This document shows, piece after piece, positions 49,500-63,901 of a stretch of DNA of 64,000 nucleotides. A program made the translations under genes and the position numbers. Every line of letters starts with the position of its first letter. Position 1 is the first letter of the stretch. Source of the stretch: Escherichia coli (GTDB lineage Bacteria > Pseudomonadota > Gammaproteobacteria > Enterobacterales > Enterobacteriaceae); assembly GCF_030384885.1 (NCBI RefSeq), contig NZ_CP128613.1, one strand, 5' to 3'. The notes under the pieces are model-generated. The model ran no database searches and was not told the origin of the DNA. It saw nothing but the letters and a program-made list of their open reading frames with translations.

Positions 49500-50918
49500 A
49501 TGCAGGAAAATATATCAGTAACCGATTCATACAGCACCGGGAATGCCGCACAGGCAATGCTGGAGCAACTGCTGCAAATTTATGATGTCAAAACGCTGGT
49601 GGCGCAGCTTAATGGTGTGGGTGAGAATCACTGGAGCGCGGCAATTTTAAAACGTGCGCTGGCGAATGACTCAGCATGGCACCGTTTAAGTGAGAAAGAG
49701 TTCGCCCATCTGCAAACGTTGTTACCCATTCCACCGGTACATCATCCGCATTATGCATTTCGCTTTATCGATCTATTTGCCGGGATTGGTGGTATTCGTC
49801 GCGGTTTTGAATCGATTGGTGGGCAGTGCGTGTTTACCAGCGAATGGAACAAACATGCGGTACGCACTTATAAAGCCAACTATTATTGCGACCCGGCGGT
49901 GCATCACTTTAATGAAGATATTCGCGACATCACTCTCAGCCACAAAGAGGGTATAGGTGATGACGCGGCGGCGGAACATATCCGTCAACATATTCCTGAG
50001 CACGATGTTTTACTGGCCGGTTTTCCTTGTCAGCCGTTTTCTCTGGCTGGCGTATCGAAAAAGAACTCACTCGGACGAGCGCACGGTTTTGCCTGTGATA
50101 CCCAGGGCACGCTGTTCTTCGATGTGGTGCGTATTATCGACGCGCGTCGCCCGGCGATTTTTGTGCTCGAAAACGTCAAAAACCTGAAAAGCCACGACCA
50201 GGGGAAAACGTTCCGTATCATCATGCAGACGTTGGATGAACTGGGCTATGACGTGGCAGATGCAGAAGATAATGGCCCGGACGATCCGAAAATCATTGAC
50301 GGTAAACATTTCCTTCCGCAGCACCGTGAACGCATCGTGCTGGTGGGTTTTCGTCGCGACCTGAATCTGAAAGCCGATTTTACCCTGCGTGAGATCAGCG
50401 AATGTTTCCCTGCACAGCGAGTGACACTGGCGCAGTTGCTGGACCCGATGGTTGAGGCGAAATATATCCTGACGCCGGTGCTGTGGAAGTACCTCTATCG
50501 TTATGCGAAAAAACATCAGGCGCGCGGTAACGGCTTCGGTTATGGAATGGTTTATCCGAACAATCCGCAAAGCGTCACGCGTACGCTTTCTGCTCGTTAT
50601 TACAAAGATGGCGCGGAAATTTTAATTGATCGCGGCTGGGATATAGCCACGGGTGAGAAAGACTTTGACGATCCGCAGAACCAGCAACACCGCCCACGTC
50701 GGTTAACGCCTCGTGAATGTGCGCGCTTAATGGGCTTTGAAGCACCAGGAGAAGCGAAATTTCGCATTCCGGTTTCGGACACTCAGGCCTATCGCCAGTT
50801 CGGTAACTCGGTGGTCGTGCCGGTCTTTGCCGCGGTGGCAAAACTGCTTGAGCCAAAAATCAAACAGGCAGTGGCGTTGCGTCAGCAAGAAGCAAAACAT
50901 GGCCGACGTTCACGATAA
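49500..50918 (+). CDS. dcm: DNA-cytosine C5 methyltransferase Dcm (CCWGG).
   Basis: [15 protein letters not shown] (motif I), [11 protein letters not shown] (motif IV), ENVKNL (motif VI), [10 protein letters not shown] (motif X). Confidence 0.95.
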   Translation: MQENISVTDSYSTGNAAQAMLEQLLQIYDVKTLVAQLNGVGENHWSAAILKRALANDSAWHRLSEKEFAHLQTLLPIPPVHHPHYAFRFIDLFAGIGGIRRGFESIGGQCVFTSEWNKHAVRTYKANYYCDPAVHHFNEDIRDITLSHKEGIGDDAAAEHIRQHIPEHDVLLAGFPCQPFSLAGVSKKNSLGRAHGFACDTQGTLFFDVVRIIDARRPAIFVLENVKNLKSHDQGKTFRIIMQTLDELGYDVADAEDNGPDDPKIIDGKHFLPQHRERIVLVGFRRDLNLKADFTLREISECFPAQRVTLAQLLDPMVEAKYILTPVLWKYLYRYAKKHQARGNGFGYGMVYPNNPQSVTRTLSARYYKDGAEILIDRGWDIATGEKDFDDPQNQQHRPRRLTPRECARLMGFEAPGEAKFRIPVSDTQAYRQFGNSVVVPVFAAVAKLLEPKIKQAVALRQQEAKHGRRSR

Positions 50919-51369
50919 GGCTACACGCAGCAAAAATATGCGCGCAATTGCCACGCGCGATACGGCGATTGAGAAGCGCCTCGCCAGTTTGTTAACCGGG
51001 CAGGGACTGGCGTTTCGCGTTCAGGACGCCAGTTTGCCCGGACGCCCGGATTTTGTTCTTGATGAATATCGCTGCGTGATATTTACCCACGGCTGCTTCT
51101 GGCACCATCATCACTGCTATCTGTTTAAAGTGCCTGCGACTCGAACCGAGTTCTGGCTGGAGAAGATAGGTAAAAATGTTGAGCGCGATCGCCGCGACAT
51201 TAGCCGCTTGCAGGCGCTCGGCTGGCGTGTATTGATTGTCTGGGAGTGCGCGTTACGCGGGCGCGAAAAATTGACGGATGCGGCACTTACCGAGCGTCTG
51301 GAAGAGTGGATCTGCGGCGAAGGTGCCAGCGCGCAGATCGACACGCAGGGGATTCATTTACTCGCTTGA
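50899..51369 (+). CDS. vsr: Very-short-patch repair endonuclease Vsr.
   Basis: [32 protein letters not shown]... is recognised. It overlaps the dcm 3' end by 20 nt in another frame, which is the known arrangement. Confidence 0.9.
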   Translation: MADVHDKATRSKNMRAIATRDTAIEKRLASLLTGQGLAFRVQDASLPGRPDFVLDEYRCVIFTHGCFWHHHHCYLFKVPATRTEFWLEKIGKNVERDRRDISRLQALGWRVLIVWECALRGREKLTDAALTERLEEWICGEGASAQIDTQGIHLLA

Positions 51370-52278
51370 TGAGTCCTGAATAACTGGCGCAACTACGGGT
51401 TTTGCCGGGAAGAGATATTTTCCCAACGTGACCAGTACCACCGCGAAGACAATCACGCCGAGCGCCAGCCATTCAATCTTCGACAGCGTCTCTCCGCCCA
51501 GTCCCGTACCCAGCAAGACCGCGACCACCGGGTTAACGTAGGCGTAGCTGGTGGCGAGAGCCGGACTGACGTTGCGGATTAAATACATATAAGCGTTAAT
51601 GGCGATAATCGAACCAAACAGCGCCAGATAGCCGACCGCAAGGAAGCCTGAAAGGGAAGGGATCGTCGTGAGTTTTTCACCCGCAATCATCGACGCAATC
51701 ATTAACACCACGCCAGCCGCCAGCATCTCAATCGCACCCGCCATCATCCCTACAGGTAAGGTAATGCGCGAGCCATAAACCGAGCCAAACGCCCAGCTAA
51801 TCGAGCCGATTAAAATCAGAATCGCACCCCACGGATTGCCGCTTAAATTTCCACCGCTATTGAGCATGATGATTCCGGCAAGCCCAATGGCGATACCCAT
51901 CCATTCCAGTTTGCGCGTTTTAATGCCAAACAGGCGGCTGAAGCACAGGGTAAAGAGGGGCACGGTTGCAACCACTACGGCGGCGATGCCGGAAGGAACA
52001 TTTTGATGTTCGGCAACCGTTACCATGCCATTACCGACAGCCAGCAATAACAGGCCAATCAGCGCGGCATTGAGCAGCGGACGTAGCGGGGGGAGTTTGT
52101 GTCCGCGCAGTAGCAAAAATGCCAGCAATAAAATACCGGCTGTCAGGAATCGAACGCCCGCCATCATTAACGGAGGCCAGCTTTCCACGCCAATCCGAAT
52201 GACAAAATAGGTTGAGCCCCAAATGATATACAACGCAAACAGCGCGCCAAAAAGCGGTAACAACTGGCGGAAACGCAT
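51358..52278 (-). CDS. yedA: EamA/DMT-family transporter YedA.
   Basis: MRFRQLLPLFGALFALYIIWGSTYFVIRIGVESWPPLMMAG... is recognised. Confidence 0.85.
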   Translation of the reverse strand: MRFRQLLPLFGALFALYIIWGSTYFVIRIGVESWPPLMMAGVRFLTAGILLLAFLLLRGHKLPPLRPLLNAALIGLLLLAVGNGMVTVAEHQNVPSGIAAVVVATVPLFTLCFSRLFGIKTRKLEWMGIAIGLAGIIMLNSGGNLSGNPWGAILILIGSISWAFGSVYGSRITLPVGMMAGAIEMLAAGVVLMIASMIAGEKLTTIPSLSGFLAVGYLALFGSIIAINAYMYLIRNVSPALATSYAYVNPVVAVLLGTGLGGETLSKIEWLALGVIVFAVVLVTLGKYLFPAKPVVAPVIQDSSSE

Positions 52279-52450
52279 AATCCCTCACGGTGGAAATAAA
52301 AAGGTGGTTCATAGTAAACGTGAAAATCATTCTGCTGGCGAGAGATATAATTGCACTTGATTGTTAAAAAAATGTTGACCTATGAAGCAAGTATCAGAGC
52401 TGCCGTTTTTGCTTCATACTTACTCCCTTCAACAATAAAAATGAGAGGGA

Positions 52451-53368
52451 ATGCTTTTGGCCGGGAGTAGTTTACTGACGTTGCTCGATGATATCGCCAC
52501 ACTGCTGGACGATATCTCCGTGATGGGCAAACTGGCGGCGAAGAAAACCGCCGGTGTACTAGGGGATGATTTATCGCTCAATGCACAACAAGTTTCAGGT
52601 GTGCGTGCCAACCGGGAACTTCCCGTGGTCTGGGGAGTGGCGAAAGGATCGCTGATCAATAAAGTGATTCTGGTGCCGCTGGCGCTGATCATCAGTGCAT
52701 TTATCCCGTGGGCGATTACGCCTTTGTTGATGATTGGCGGCGCGTTTCTCTGCTTTGAAGGGGTAGAGAAAGTGCTGCATATGCTGGAGGCGCGTAAACA
52801 CAAAGAAGATCCGGCGCAGAGTCAGCAGCGTCTGGAGAAGCTGGCGGCGCAGGATCCGCTGAAGTTTGAAAAGGACAAAATAAAAGGGGCGATTCGTACC
52901 GATTTTATTTTGTCTGCGGAAATCGTCGCCATCACGCTGGGGATTGTGGCAGAAGCGCCGTTGCTTAATCAGGTGCTGGTGCTTTCAGGCATCGCACTGG
53001 TAGTGACCGTGGGCGTCTATGGGCTGGTAGGGGTTATTGTTAAGATTGATGACCTGGGGTATTGGCTGGCGGAAAAATCCAGCGCGCTGATGCAGGCATT
53101 GGGTAAAGGGTTATTGATTATCGCGCCCTGGCTGATGAAAGCGTTATCGATTGTCGGCACGTTGGCGATGTTCCTCGTCGGTGGCGGGATTGTGGTTCAT
53201 GGTATTGCGCCGCTGCATCACGCCATTGAACATTTCGCCGGGCAGCAAAGTGCAGTGGTGGCGATGATATTACCGACTGTTTTAAATCTGATACTTGGTT
53301 TTATCATCGGCGGCATTGTGGTGCTGGGAGTGAAAGCGGTAGCGAAAATGCGCGGTCAGGCACATTAA
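52451..53368 (+). CDS. yedI: Inner-membrane protein YedI (DUF808).
   Basis: [41 protein letters not shown]... is recognised. Confidence 0.85.
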   Translation: MLLAGSSLLTLLDDIATLLDDISVMGKLAAKKTAGVLGDDLSLNAQQVSGVRANRELPVVWGVAKGSLINKVILVPLALIISAFIPWAITPLLMIGGAFLCFEGVEKVLHMLEARKHKEDPAQSQQRLEKLAAQDPLKFEKDKIKGAIRTDFILSAEIVAITLGIVAEAPLLNQVLVLSGIALVVTVGVYGLVGVIVKIDDLGYWLAEKSSALMQALGKGLLIIAPWLMKALSIVGTLAMFLVGGGIVVHGIAPLHHAIEHFAGQQSAVVAMILPTVLNLILGFIIGGIVVLGVKAVAKMRGQAH

Positions 53369-53446
53369 TACTCGCACTGGCTATTATGCAAAATTCGCCA
53401 TCTTCAACTAAGGTGAACAAGTTTCACTCGAAAAAAGGAGGCGAGT

Positions 53447-53629
53447 ATGAGCTTTATGATTAGTGAGGAAGTTACGGTTAAAGAGGGCGGCCCGCGGATG
53501 ATTGTCACCGGCTATTCCAGCGGTATGGTTGAGTGTCGTTGGTATGACGGTTATGGGGTCAAGCGGGAAGCTTTTCATGAAACCGAGCTTGTTCCGGGGG
53601 AGGGGAGTCGTCCTGCGGAAGAAGTTTGA
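53447..53629 (+). CDS. yodC: Small protein YodC.
   Basis: MSFMISEEVTVKEGGPRMIVTGYSSGMVECRWYDGYGVKREAFHETELV is recognised. Confidence 0.8.
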   Translation: MSFMISEEVTVKEGGPRMIVTGYSSGMVECRWYDGYGVKREAFHETELVPGEGSRPAEEV

Positions 53630-53645
53630 AAGAGTATCATTAACA

Positions 53646-53670
53646 TCAGGCCGGATCACATCCGGCCTGA
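53646..53670. terminator. Stable hairpin after yodC.
   Basis: TCAGGCCGGAT-CAC-ATCCGGCCTGA is a perfect 11-bp stem. There is no clear T-run. Confidence 0.4.
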
Positions 53671-53799
53671 TATGCCAATGCCTGCAATGAATGATTGTCG
53701 CGTCTTGTTATGTCACCATTATAAAATTATGACTGTTTTGCGGTACGCTATCGCCAGGTTATGCCAGAATCATAAAAAAGCAGGTTGGGAGTCGTCAGG

Positions 53800-56324
<2,525 letters not shown>

Positions 56325-56503
56325 TTACCAGGATGATTCTCAAAACAGCACAAATTATCAAAGATAATTTTTTCGTGAGCGATCCCGTTGACGCCAGAGC
56401 CACCAAGGGGTGACGCGCGTCACATTTCTATTCATAAGTAGCGTTAATCATTCATATCACGAATATTTTCTTGTCAGCGAAAAAAATTGCGGATAAGGTG
56501 ATG

Positions 56504-56590
56504 AACACATCAGATTTCCTGGTGTAACGAATTTTTTAAGTGCTTCTTGCTTAAGCAAGTTTAATCCCGACCCCCTCAGGGTCGGGATTT
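56504..56590 (+). ncRNA. dsrA: DsrA small regulatory RNA.
   Basis: AACACATCAGATTTCCTGGTGTAACGAATTTTTTAAGTGCTTCTTGCTTAAGCAAGTTT.ATCCCGACCCCCTCAGGGTCGGGATTTTT matches the DsrA sequence I remember, including the terminator hairpin. Confidence 0.9.
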
Positions 56591-56603
56591 TTTTATTGTG
56601 CAT

Positions 56604-56831
56604 TCAACGATTCACTTCAGAGACGCTGAAGTCATGAATATCCAGTTCGAAGGCATCCGCCAATTCACGCCATGTATGATATTCACGTCCATCGACACTA
56701 ACGTGTTCAGGATCGTGCTGGCTGCGATGAACTTCGCTTTCGCTAATTTCATTGATCGCCGCCAGCAGGGCATCGACATCGACACTGACCTCACGTTTTG
56801 CGGTATCGCTGTACTCTTTTGCGGTTTTCAT
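56604..56831 (-). CDS. yodD: Stress-induced small protein YodD.
   Basis: MKTAKEYSDTAKREVSVDVDALLAAINEISESEVHRSQ... is recognised. Confidence 0.8.
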   Translation of the reverse strand: MKTAKEYSDTAKREVSVDVDALLAAINEISESEVHRSQHDPEHVSVDGREYHTWRELADAFELDIHDFSVSEVNR

Positions 56832-56902
56832 CATCTTTCCTCGCAACCGTTACTCTGTTGTTGCCGCCAGTCGTTAAGTCCGCTGGCATCTCTTAAGTAT
56901 AG

Positions 56903-57181
<279 letters not shown>

Positions 57182-57224
57182 TCTAATTCAGCCTGACTGG
57201 TGGGAAACCACCAGTCAGAATGTG

Positions 57225-57848
57225 TTAGCGCATGTTGACAAAAATACCATTAGTCACATTATCCGTCAGTCGGACGACATGGTAGATAACCTGTTTATTA
57301 TGCGTTTTGATCTTACGTTTAATATTACCTTTATGCGATGAAACGGTCTTGGCTTTGATATTCATTTGGTCGGAGATTTGAATGGTTCCCTGACCTGCCA
57401 TCCACATTCGCAACATACTCGATTCGGTTCGGCTCAATGATAACGTCGGCATATTTAAAAACGAGGTTATCGTTGTCTCTTTTTTCAGAATATCGCCAAG
57501 GATATCGTCGAGAGATTCCGGTTTAATCGATTTAGAACTGATCAATAAATTTTTTCTGACCAACAGATATTCATCAAAATGAACATTGGCAATTGCCATA
57601 AAAACGATAAATAACGTATTGGGATGTTGATTAATGATGAGCTTGATACGCTGACTGTTAGAAGCATCGTGGATGAAACAGTCCTCATTAATAAACACCA
57701 CTGAAGGGCGCTGTGAATCACAAGCTATGGCAAGGTCATCAACGGTTTCAATGTCGTTGATTTCTCTTTTTTTAACCCCTCTGCTCAACAGATACCCGGT
57801 TAAACCTAGTCGGGTGTAACTACATAAATCCATAATAATCGTTGACAT
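57225..57848 (-). CDS. rcsA: Colanic-acid capsule co-activator RcsA (LuxR-type HTH).
   Basis: [43 protein letters not shown]... is recognised. Confidence 0.9.
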
Positions 57849-58098
57849 GGCATACCCTCACTCAATGCGTAACGATAATTCCCCTTACCTGAATATTTCA
57901 TCATGACTAAACGGAACAACATGGGTCACCTAATGCGCCACTCTCGCGATTTTTCAGGCGGACTTACTATCCCGTAAAGTGTTGTATAATTTGCCTGGAA
58001 TTGTCTTAAAGTAAAGTAAATGTTGCGATATGTGAGTGAGGTTAAAACAAATATTTCGCCACAGGAGTATCCTGGAAGATGTTCGTGGGTATTATTTT

Positions 58099-58112
58099 TC
58101 AGATAATCCTTA
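58099..58112 (-). promoter_or_regulatory. Candidate RcsAB box upstream of rcsA.
   Basis: The minus strand reads TAAGGATTATCTGA, close to the remembered RcsAB consensus TaAGaat.tTCctA. Confidence 0.4.
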
Positions 58113-58137
58113 GGATAACAAGATAAACATTAGGGAA

Positions 58138-58923
58138 TCATATTACAGGTAATTCGCTGATAATATCTGCCAGCAAATTAAAAATTTCACTGAATAAATG
58201 TTCGCAAAAAGGAGCAATTAACGGCATTAATGCCGCCATTAATGAGATACCGACAGTCAGAGTTAATGGAAATCCAATAACAAAAATGGATAATTGCGGG
58301 GCCATACGATTCAGTAAACCTAATGCCAGATTCAGTGTCAGCAGCAGAGTAATGAGCGGTAACGCCAGCATCAGTCCATTGAGGAAAATCAAACTCCCTG
58401 CTTTGGTGAGTGCCAGAAACGCATTGCTATTTAGCGGCTCGCCACCAATAGGCAGGGTGTGAAAGGTATCCACCAGCAGTGAAATCAGCCATAAATGACC
58501 GTTAAATGTCAGGAACAGCAGTAACGCCAGCATATCCATGATGCGCGCTAAAACGGGCATATTGAGATGGCTGGCCGGATCGACAAACGTCGCAAATGAC
58601 AGTCCCATTTGCAGACCGATAATTTCGCCAGCGGTTCGCACAGCGGCAAAAGCAAACTGCATGGTAAAACCAAGCGCAATGCCGATCAGAATCTGCTGCA
58701 CGGCCAGCCACAGAGCAAAGAACGAAAAAACAGGAACATCGTTGGCAGGTAATGATGGGGCAATGGCGAACGTGATCATCATTGCCAGACCCAGTTTTAC
58801 CCGTTTCGGCACGCTGCGTTCGCTCAGAATTGGCGCGGTAGAAATGAGCGCCAGCACGCGCAGTAACGGCCAGAAGTACAGACTTAGCCAGGAAAGCCAT
58901 TGATCGCTTGTCACCTGCAACAT
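58138..58923 (-). CDS. fliR: Flagellar export apparatus protein FliR.
   Basis: [35 protein letters not shown]... is recognised. Confidence 0.9.
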   Translation of the reverse strand: MLQVTSDQWLSWLSLYFWPLLRVLALISTAPILSERSVPKRVKLGLAMMITFAIAPSLPANDVPVFSFFALWLAVQQILIGIALGFTMQFAFAAVRTAGEIIGLQMGLSFATFVDPASHLNMPVLARIMDMLALLLFLTFNGHLWLISLLVDTFHTLPIGGEPLNSNAFLALTKAGSLIFLNGLMLALPLITLLLTLNLALGLLNRMAPQLSIFVIGFPLTLTVGISLMAALMPLIAPFCEHLFSEIFNLLADIISELPVI

Positions 58924-58931
58924 TGTACGGG

Positions 58932-59201
58932 CTACCCGATGATATACGGCAGGTTAGTGAACAAGGTACGGACGTAATCCAGCAACAGATTGAGCATCCA
59001 CGGTCCGGCAATAATAATGGCGATAAATACGGCGATGATTTTCGGAATAAACGACAGCGTCATTTCATTAATCTGCGTGGCGGCCTGCAAAATACTGATG
59101 ATCAGGCCCGTGACCAACGCCACCAGCAACAGCGGGGCAGCCAACGCCAGCGCGACTTTCATCGCTTCAGTCCCCATCATCATGACCGATTCAGGTGTCA
59201 T
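58932..59201 (-). CDS. fliQ: Flagellar export apparatus protein FliQ.
   Basis: [46 protein letters not shown] is recognised. Confidence 0.9.
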   Translation of the reverse strand: MTPESVMMMGTEAMKVALALAAPLLLVALVTGLIISILQAATQINEMTLSFIPKIIAVFIAIIIAGPWMLNLLLDYVRTLFTNLPYIIG

Positions 59202-59210
59202 TTTGCCTCT

Positions 59211-59948
59211 CTAGCTGTAAAAGCTCTGCGCCAGCGAACCGACCAGCAATTGCCAGCCATCCACCAGTACAAACAGCATCAGTTTAAAGGGCAGAGCAAT
59301 GGTGGCAGGGGGGACCATCATCATCCCCAATGCCATCAGCACGCTGGCAATCACCAGGTCGATAATCAAAAAAGGAATGAAAATCGTGAAGCCTATCTGA
59401 AATGCGGTTTTCAGCTCGCTGGTCACGTAGGCCGGGAGCAAAATGCGCATTGGCACGGCTTCAGGTCCCTGCAACGGGCCGGTATTCGCTAGTCTGGCAA
59501 ACAACCCTAAATCTGCCTCGCGGGTCTGACGCAGCATAAACTCACGCAGCGGCTGCGCCCCTTTTTCCAGCGCCTCCTGCATTGAGATTTTCTCTTCGCT
59601 GAACGGCTGGTACGCATCGACATAAATTTTGTCGATCACCGGCGACATTATAAAAAAGGTCAAAAACAGTGCCAGCCCCAGCAATACCTGGTTGGGTGGT
59701 GCGGAGGGCGTGCCCAGCGCGTTTCGCAATAATCCAAAAACAATGATGATACGGGTGAAACTGGTCATCATCAGTAAAATCGCTGGAATAAACGTCAACG
59801 AGGTAATGAACACCAGCGTCTGCACCGGGAGGGACCAACTTTGTCCACCGCCAGGCAGCGGCTGACTGGTGATACCCGGCAGTTGTGCGAAGGCGAGGGG
59901 GGTAACCAGCCAGAGAAGAACAGGTGCGACAGACAACAAACGACGCAT
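59211..59948 (-). CDS. fliP: Flagellar export apparatus protein FliP.
   Basis: [47 protein letters not shown] is recognised. Confidence 0.9.
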   Translation of the reverse strand: MRRLLSVAPVLLWLVTPLAFAQLPGITSQPLPGGGQSWSLPVQTLVFITSLTFIPAILLMMTSFTRIIIVFGLLRNALGTPSAPPNQVLLGLALFLTFFIMSPVIDKIYVDAYQPFSEEKISMQEALEKGAQPLREFMLRQTREADLGLFARLANTGPLQGPEAVPMRILLPAYVTSELKTAFQIGFTIFIPFLIIDLVIASVLMALGMMMVPPATIALPFKLMLFVLVDGWQLLVGSLAQSFYS

Positions 59949-60313
59949 CAGGATCTCCCGCTACGCTTAAGCAAGTTTTTCATGACCGACTGAAAATCGG
60001 TCTGCGGTATCTCTTCCGTTGGCGCAGAAGGGGGAAGTTTATGCAGCAGATTGATTTGCCCTGCGGTAACGCCGAGCACTAGGCGTGCATCTTCCACATC
60101 GACCACCACGACCCTTTCACGGGCGCCCAGCGAAGCACTGGCGCTAATTTTCAGACCGTTAACGCCAGTTCGTTTGGGGGCAAATCCCAGCCGTTTTACC
60201 AGCCAGGCAGCAGCGAGGATCAGGGCAATAATGGCGATCAGTGCGCCGCTCACCTGCAGCAGCGGTGCAGCAGAAACCGGCGCGGACGGTTGCACAGTAG
60301 CGTGGTTATTCAT
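59948..60313 (-). CDS. fliO: Flagellar protein FliO.
   Basis: Position between fliN and fliP. Single TM segment [16 protein letters not shown]. Confidence 0.85.
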   Translation of the reverse strand: MNNHATVQPSAPVSAAPLLQVSGALIAIIALILAAAWLVKRLGFAPKRTGVNGLKISASASLGARERVVVVDVEDARLVLGVTAGQINLLHKLPPSAPTEEIPQTDFQSVMKNLLKRSGRS

Positions 60314-60315
60314 CG

Positions 60316-60729
60316 CTAACGGCTCAGGCGGCGCATTCGCTCAGACGGAGTAATGATATCGGTGATACGCACGCCATATTTATCGGCAACGACCACCACT
60401 TCGCCCTGGGCGATTAAATAACCGTTGATCAGAATATCCAGCGGTTCGCCTGCCAGGCCGTCCAGCGCTACGACTGATCCTTGTGTCAGGCGCAACAGCT
60501 CTTTGATGGTCATCCGCGTGCGGCCCAGTTCGACGGTCAGCTTAACCGGAATATCCATAATCAGGTCGATATCCTGCAACGTTCCGCTGACATCACCGCC
60601 GCCAAATTGCTGGAATACCGCGTCTGCAGCGCTTTTACTGCTGGTTGATTTTTGTTCGCTCAACGCTTCAGCCCACAGATCGTCCATTGCGCCGTTGTTA
60701 TCATCGGCCGGATTATTCAAGTCACTCAT
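60316..60729 (-). CDS. fliN: Flagellar motor switch protein FliN.
   Basis: MSDLNNPADDNNGAMDDLWAEAL... with the C-terminal SpoA domain ...DILINGYLIAQGEVVVVADKYGVRITDI. Confidence 0.9.
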   Translation of the reverse strand: MSDLNNPADDNNGAMDDLWAEALSEQKSTSSKSAADAVFQQFGGGDVSGTLQDIDLIMDIPVKLTVELGRTRMTIKELLRLTQGSVVALDGLAGEPLDILINGYLIAQGEVVVVADKYGVRITDIITPSERMRRLSR

Positions 60730-61730
60730 TTGGGCTGTTCCTCGTTCAGAGAATTCAAAATCGGGTTAATCAAATGTTCAATCCGTAACGCATACTGGCC
60801 GTTGAGGGTGCCGTACTGGCTGGTCAGCACCGGAACGCCGTCAACATGGGCGATGATGCGATCGGGTTTTTCTATCGGCAGGACGTCGCCGGGTTTCAGT
60901 TTTAAAATCTGCGACAGACGCAGCGATATATCGGCAAAGTTAGCGACCAGCTCCAGCTGTGAGTGCTGCACCTGACGCACCAGGTTATCGCGCCAGTTCT
61001 GATCTTCATTTCGTGAGTTTTCCAGCGGCGGGTTAACCAACAATTCCCGTAGCGGCTCGATCATGCTGAATGGCAGACAGATATTAAATTCGCCGGTCAG
61101 GTTGCCAATCTCCACATGGAACGGTGTGTTAACCACGATGTCGTTCGGCGAGGTGGTGATATTGGTAAATTTCACCTGCATTTCCGAACGCACGTACTCG
61201 ACATCCAGCGGATTAATTGCCTTCCAGGCGTCGCTATAGCCTTCCAGCGCCAGCTTCAACATACGGTTGATGACGCGCTGTTCAGTATGGGTAAACTCGC
61301 GACCTTCCACTTTGGTTGGGAAGCGTCCATCGCCGCCAAACAGGTTATCCACGGCAATAAACACCAGACTCGGCGAGAACACCACCAGCCCTGTGCCGCG
61401 TAGCGGTTTCAGGTGGATTAGGTTCAGGTTGGTCGGCACCGGCAGGTTGCGGGCAAATTCATGGTACGGCTGAATGCGGATGGCCCCGACGGTAATGTCC
61501 GGGCTACGGCGCAATAGGTTGAACAGCCCCATACGGAAATGGCGGGCAAAACGCTCATTAATGATTTCCAGCGCCTGCAAACGTTCGCGTACAACCCGTC
61601 GTTGGGTATTCGGATCGTACGGACGAATGTCACTATCGCCGCTAACACTGGCCGTCGGTTCGTCTTTGACTTCGCTGTCACCATTCAACAGCGCATCAAT
61701 TTCAGCTTGAGAAAGAATACTATCGCCCAT
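60726..61730 (-). CDS. fliM: Flagellar motor switch protein FliM.
   Basis: MGDSILSQAEIDALLNG... (the CheY-P binding N terminus) is recognised. The longer ORF in the track starts upstream at a non-native start. Confidence 0.9.
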   Translation of the reverse strand: MGDSILSQAEIDALLNGDSEVKDEPTASVSGDSDIRPYDPNTQRRVVRERLQALEIINERFARHFRMGLFNLLRRSPDITVGAIRIQPYHEFARNLPVPTNLNLIHLKPLRGTGLVVFSPSLVFIAVDNLFGGDGRFPTKVEGREFTHTEQRVINRMLKLALEGYSDAWKAINPLDVEYVRSEMQVKFTNITTSPNDIVVNTPFHVEIGNLTGEFNICLPFSMIEPLRELLVNPPLENSRNEDQNWRDNLVRQVQHSQLELVANFADISLRLSQILKLKPGDVLPIEKPDRIIAHVDGVPVLTSQYGTLNGQYALRIEHLINPILNSLNEEQPK

Positions 61731-61734
61731 GTCG

Positions 61735-62199
61735 TTATCGCAGAATAAAAGCGGTATACAGCACGTCGGTGACATCCTGTTTCGGTTGCCCGGCAACAAG
61801 CGGGGTGGAAAGTGTGGCTTTAATCTCAGCAATCAGGCTTTTCTTGCCTTCTTCTGTCGCCAGTACGACAGCATCCTGACGAGAAAACAGTAACAGCAAG
61901 CGGCTACGGACTTCCGGCAAATACTCACTTAGCCGCGAGCGGGTAGCTTCATCTTTTAGCCGCAGAGTTATGCCGATATAAAGCACGCGATCCGCATCAC
62001 CCAAATTGACCGTAAAGGTATCCAGCGCATAGAAGACCGGGGAGGGCACGACGCGTTGCTGCGCTTTGTCGTCAGCAGCAACCTGATGCGAATGCCAGTA
62101 GCTGTAACCTGCGCTGGCACAGGCCGCGAGGGTAATGAATACCAGAATCGGGATCCAAAGCGATCGCTTGCTTTTCTTGCTTATCGCGTAATCAGTCAT
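61735..62199 (-). CDS. fliL: Flagellar basal-body-associated protein FliL.
   Basis: [35 protein letters not shown] is recognised. Confidence 0.9.
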   Translation of the reverse strand: MTDYAISKKSKRSLWIPILVFITLAACASAGYSYWHSHQVAADDKAQQRVVPSPVFYALDTFTVNLGDADRVLYIGITLRLKDEATRSRLSEYLPEVRSRLLLLFSRQDAVVLATEEGKKSLIAEIKATLSTPLVAGQPKQDVTDVLYTAFILR

Positions 62200-62228
62200 G
62201 TGTTGCGGTCTTCCTGTGTCGCTACTGC

Positions 62229-62255
62229 TTATCGGCTAATTATCCTGCGTCTTGA
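62229..62255 (-). promoter_or_regulatory. fliL operon promoter element (sigma-28-like -10 GCCGATAA with upstream TCAAGACG at 11-nt spacing).
   Basis: The minus strand reads TCAAGACG-N11-GCCGATAA about 30 nt upstream of the fliL start. Confidence 0.5.
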
Positions 62256-62303
62256 ACGCAACAAAGCGGGGAAAAGACGCGGATTACGGTGCTACCTCTG
62301 ACG

Positions 62304-63440
62304 TTAGGCGAAAATATCAACGCCACTGTTGCCTGTTACGCGCCCTTGTAAAGAGACGGGAACGGGTAGCGTATCGTCGTCTTCACCCGCCAGAGGTTCA
62401 TGATTTGCTGTGCGCTGGCTTTGCTGTTGCTGTGAAGCGGCCTGTTGCTGACCACTAAAGCTTTCGCCACTGATGTTGCTTTGCCCTAACTGAATGCCAC
62501 TTTCTGCCAGCTGCGTACGCAGTACCGGTAGCGCAGCTTCCAGTGCGGCGCGTACGTGCTGATGCGGTGACACCATCTGGATTTGCGCCTGGCTATCATC
62601 CACTTTGAGGGAGATTTGTACTTCACCTAAATCCTGCGGGTGCAGACGCAACTCTGCACTTTGTTGCCCCTGGCGGGTAAACAGCGAAATATGCTGGCTT
62701 AATGATTGTTGCCATTCGTGAGAACCCAGCGGCGCACTCAAAACAGGTGCTGCGACGGTGGGCAGCGGCTGTGTCTGGTGCGGAGTGATGAGCGGGCTGA
62801 CGGCAGCGGTCACCGGCGAAGGTGTGCTGATGACTTCCGCTTTACTCTGGGCCTCTGCTACCAGCGGTGTTACTGGCTGAGCTTGCGCGTCAGGGGCGTC
62901 ATCAGGCTGTGCGGTTGTGAATTGCGCCGTAGTCAGTTTTGTGTAGAGAGTTGGTTTCTCTGTCGGTAACACGGTTGACGGCGCATCAGCCACTTTGGGC
63001 GTATTGTCAAAACCCGGCAACATCGCAAAAAGGGCGCTCAGGCTTGCGGTGACGTCTTCATTAAGCTCATCCGCTTTTTCGTCTTTTGTCGTATTTTTGT
63101 CAGCCACCGCAGCCACCGCAGCCAACGTCATCGCCTGAGCGGTGGTTAACGGTGTTGATGTGGATTGTTCGTCGTTGATGACAGGCGGTATTTCATCCAC
63201 AGGGATCAGTAAATCCGCTTGTTGCGCGTCGGAAACAATATCGCTGACCAGCGGCTCGCCTTTTGTCGTGGGCTTATCTGTTGCCACCAGCACCTGGGGG
63301 GCCGCTTTGTCAGTCGTTGTCTCGCCTGCTAATGCTTCGCTCAACAACGCGAGAAAATCTTGTGCAGCATCGCTGGCTTTGCCGCCAGGCAATGTGGTGG
63401 TGTCAACGTCGGCGGTAATCAAGGGCGCTAAGCGAATCAT
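62304..63440 (-). CDS. fliK: Flagellar hook-length control protein FliK.
   Basis: [37 protein letters not shown]... with a Pro/Gln/Ala-rich middle and the conserved C-terminal ...[21 protein letters not shown]. Confidence 0.9.
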   Translation of the reverse strand: MIRLAPLITADVDTTTLPGGKASDAAQDFLALLSEALAGETTTDKAAPQVLVATDKPTTKGEPLVSDIVSDAQQADLLIPVDEIPPVINDEQSTSTPLTTAQAMTLAAVAAVADKNTTKDEKADELNEDVTASLSALFAMLPGFDNTPKVADAPSTVLPTEKPTLYTKLTTAQFTTAQPDDAPDAQAQPVTPLVAEAQSKAEVISTPSPVTAAVSPLITPHQTQPLPTVAAPVLSAPLGSHEWQQSLSQHISLFTRQGQQSAELRLHPQDLGEVQISLKVDDSQAQIQMVSPHQHVRAALEAALPVLRTQLAESGIQLGQSNISGESFSGQQQAASQQQQSQRTANHEPLAGEDDDTLPVPVSLQGRVTGNSGVDIFA

Positions 63441-63880
63441 TCAGGTTTCCTCATGGCGGCGCGCTGGGCGAACTCATCCATCTTTTTCTGATCGAGACGG
63501 TTTTCTGCAAGCAGTGCCGCCGTGGATTGCCGTTCCTGCAGTGTCTGCCAGGCCTGCAAACGTTGTTTCTTTTCTCGCCAGCTGTTCAGGGCAATGTCAA
63601 CTTTCTGCGTCCACTGATTAAGTTGCTGGCGATGCTGAGTAATGGCTTTTTCCAGCGTCTGGATAAACTGCTGATAGTTGATCCAGCGGTTACTGGTCAT
63701 CCCGGCACTCATATCGCTGTTGAGGTTATTGCGATATTCATTCTGATAATCGATCAGCATTTTGAGTTGTTCCTCTGCCTGCTGGCATCCGCGACGCATT
63801 TCACCCAGCAGGCGCGCGGCATCTTCTACCTCTTTTTCTGCCAGATCTTTCAGGGTCGCCAGCGCGCCATGTTCTGCCAT
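63437..63880 (-). CDS. fliJ: Flagellar export chaperone/escort protein FliJ.
   Basis: [42 protein letters not shown] is recognised. Confidence 0.9.
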   Translation of the reverse strand: MAEHGALATLKDLAEKEVEDAARLLGEMRRGCQQAEEQLKMLIDYQNEYRNNLNSDMSAGMTSNRWINYQQFIQTLEKAITQHRQQLNQWTQKVDIALNSWREKKQRLQAWQTLQERQSTAALLAENRLDQKKMDEFAQRAAMRKPE

Positions 63881-63901
63881 CTGCCGTTATCTCCTGCGTT
63901 T

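Noticed and set aside
50067-50856. Minus-strand ORFs of 167 and 93 aa inside dcm.
   Set aside because: They are antisense to the unmistakable Dcm reading frame (motifs I, IV, VI and X) and are spurious.
50899-50918. The dcm-vsr 20-nt out-of-frame overlap, considered as an anomaly.
   Set aside because: This is the known native arrangement of the E. coli dcm-vsr operon and is not novel.
58502-59492. Long ORFs 58502..59011 (-), 58538..58903 (+) and 58908..59492 (+) overlapping fliR, fliQ and fliP.
   Set aside because: They are alternative-frame or antisense ORFs in well-known flagellar export genes. Their translations are Arg/Cys/His-rich nonsense typical of off-frame reading.
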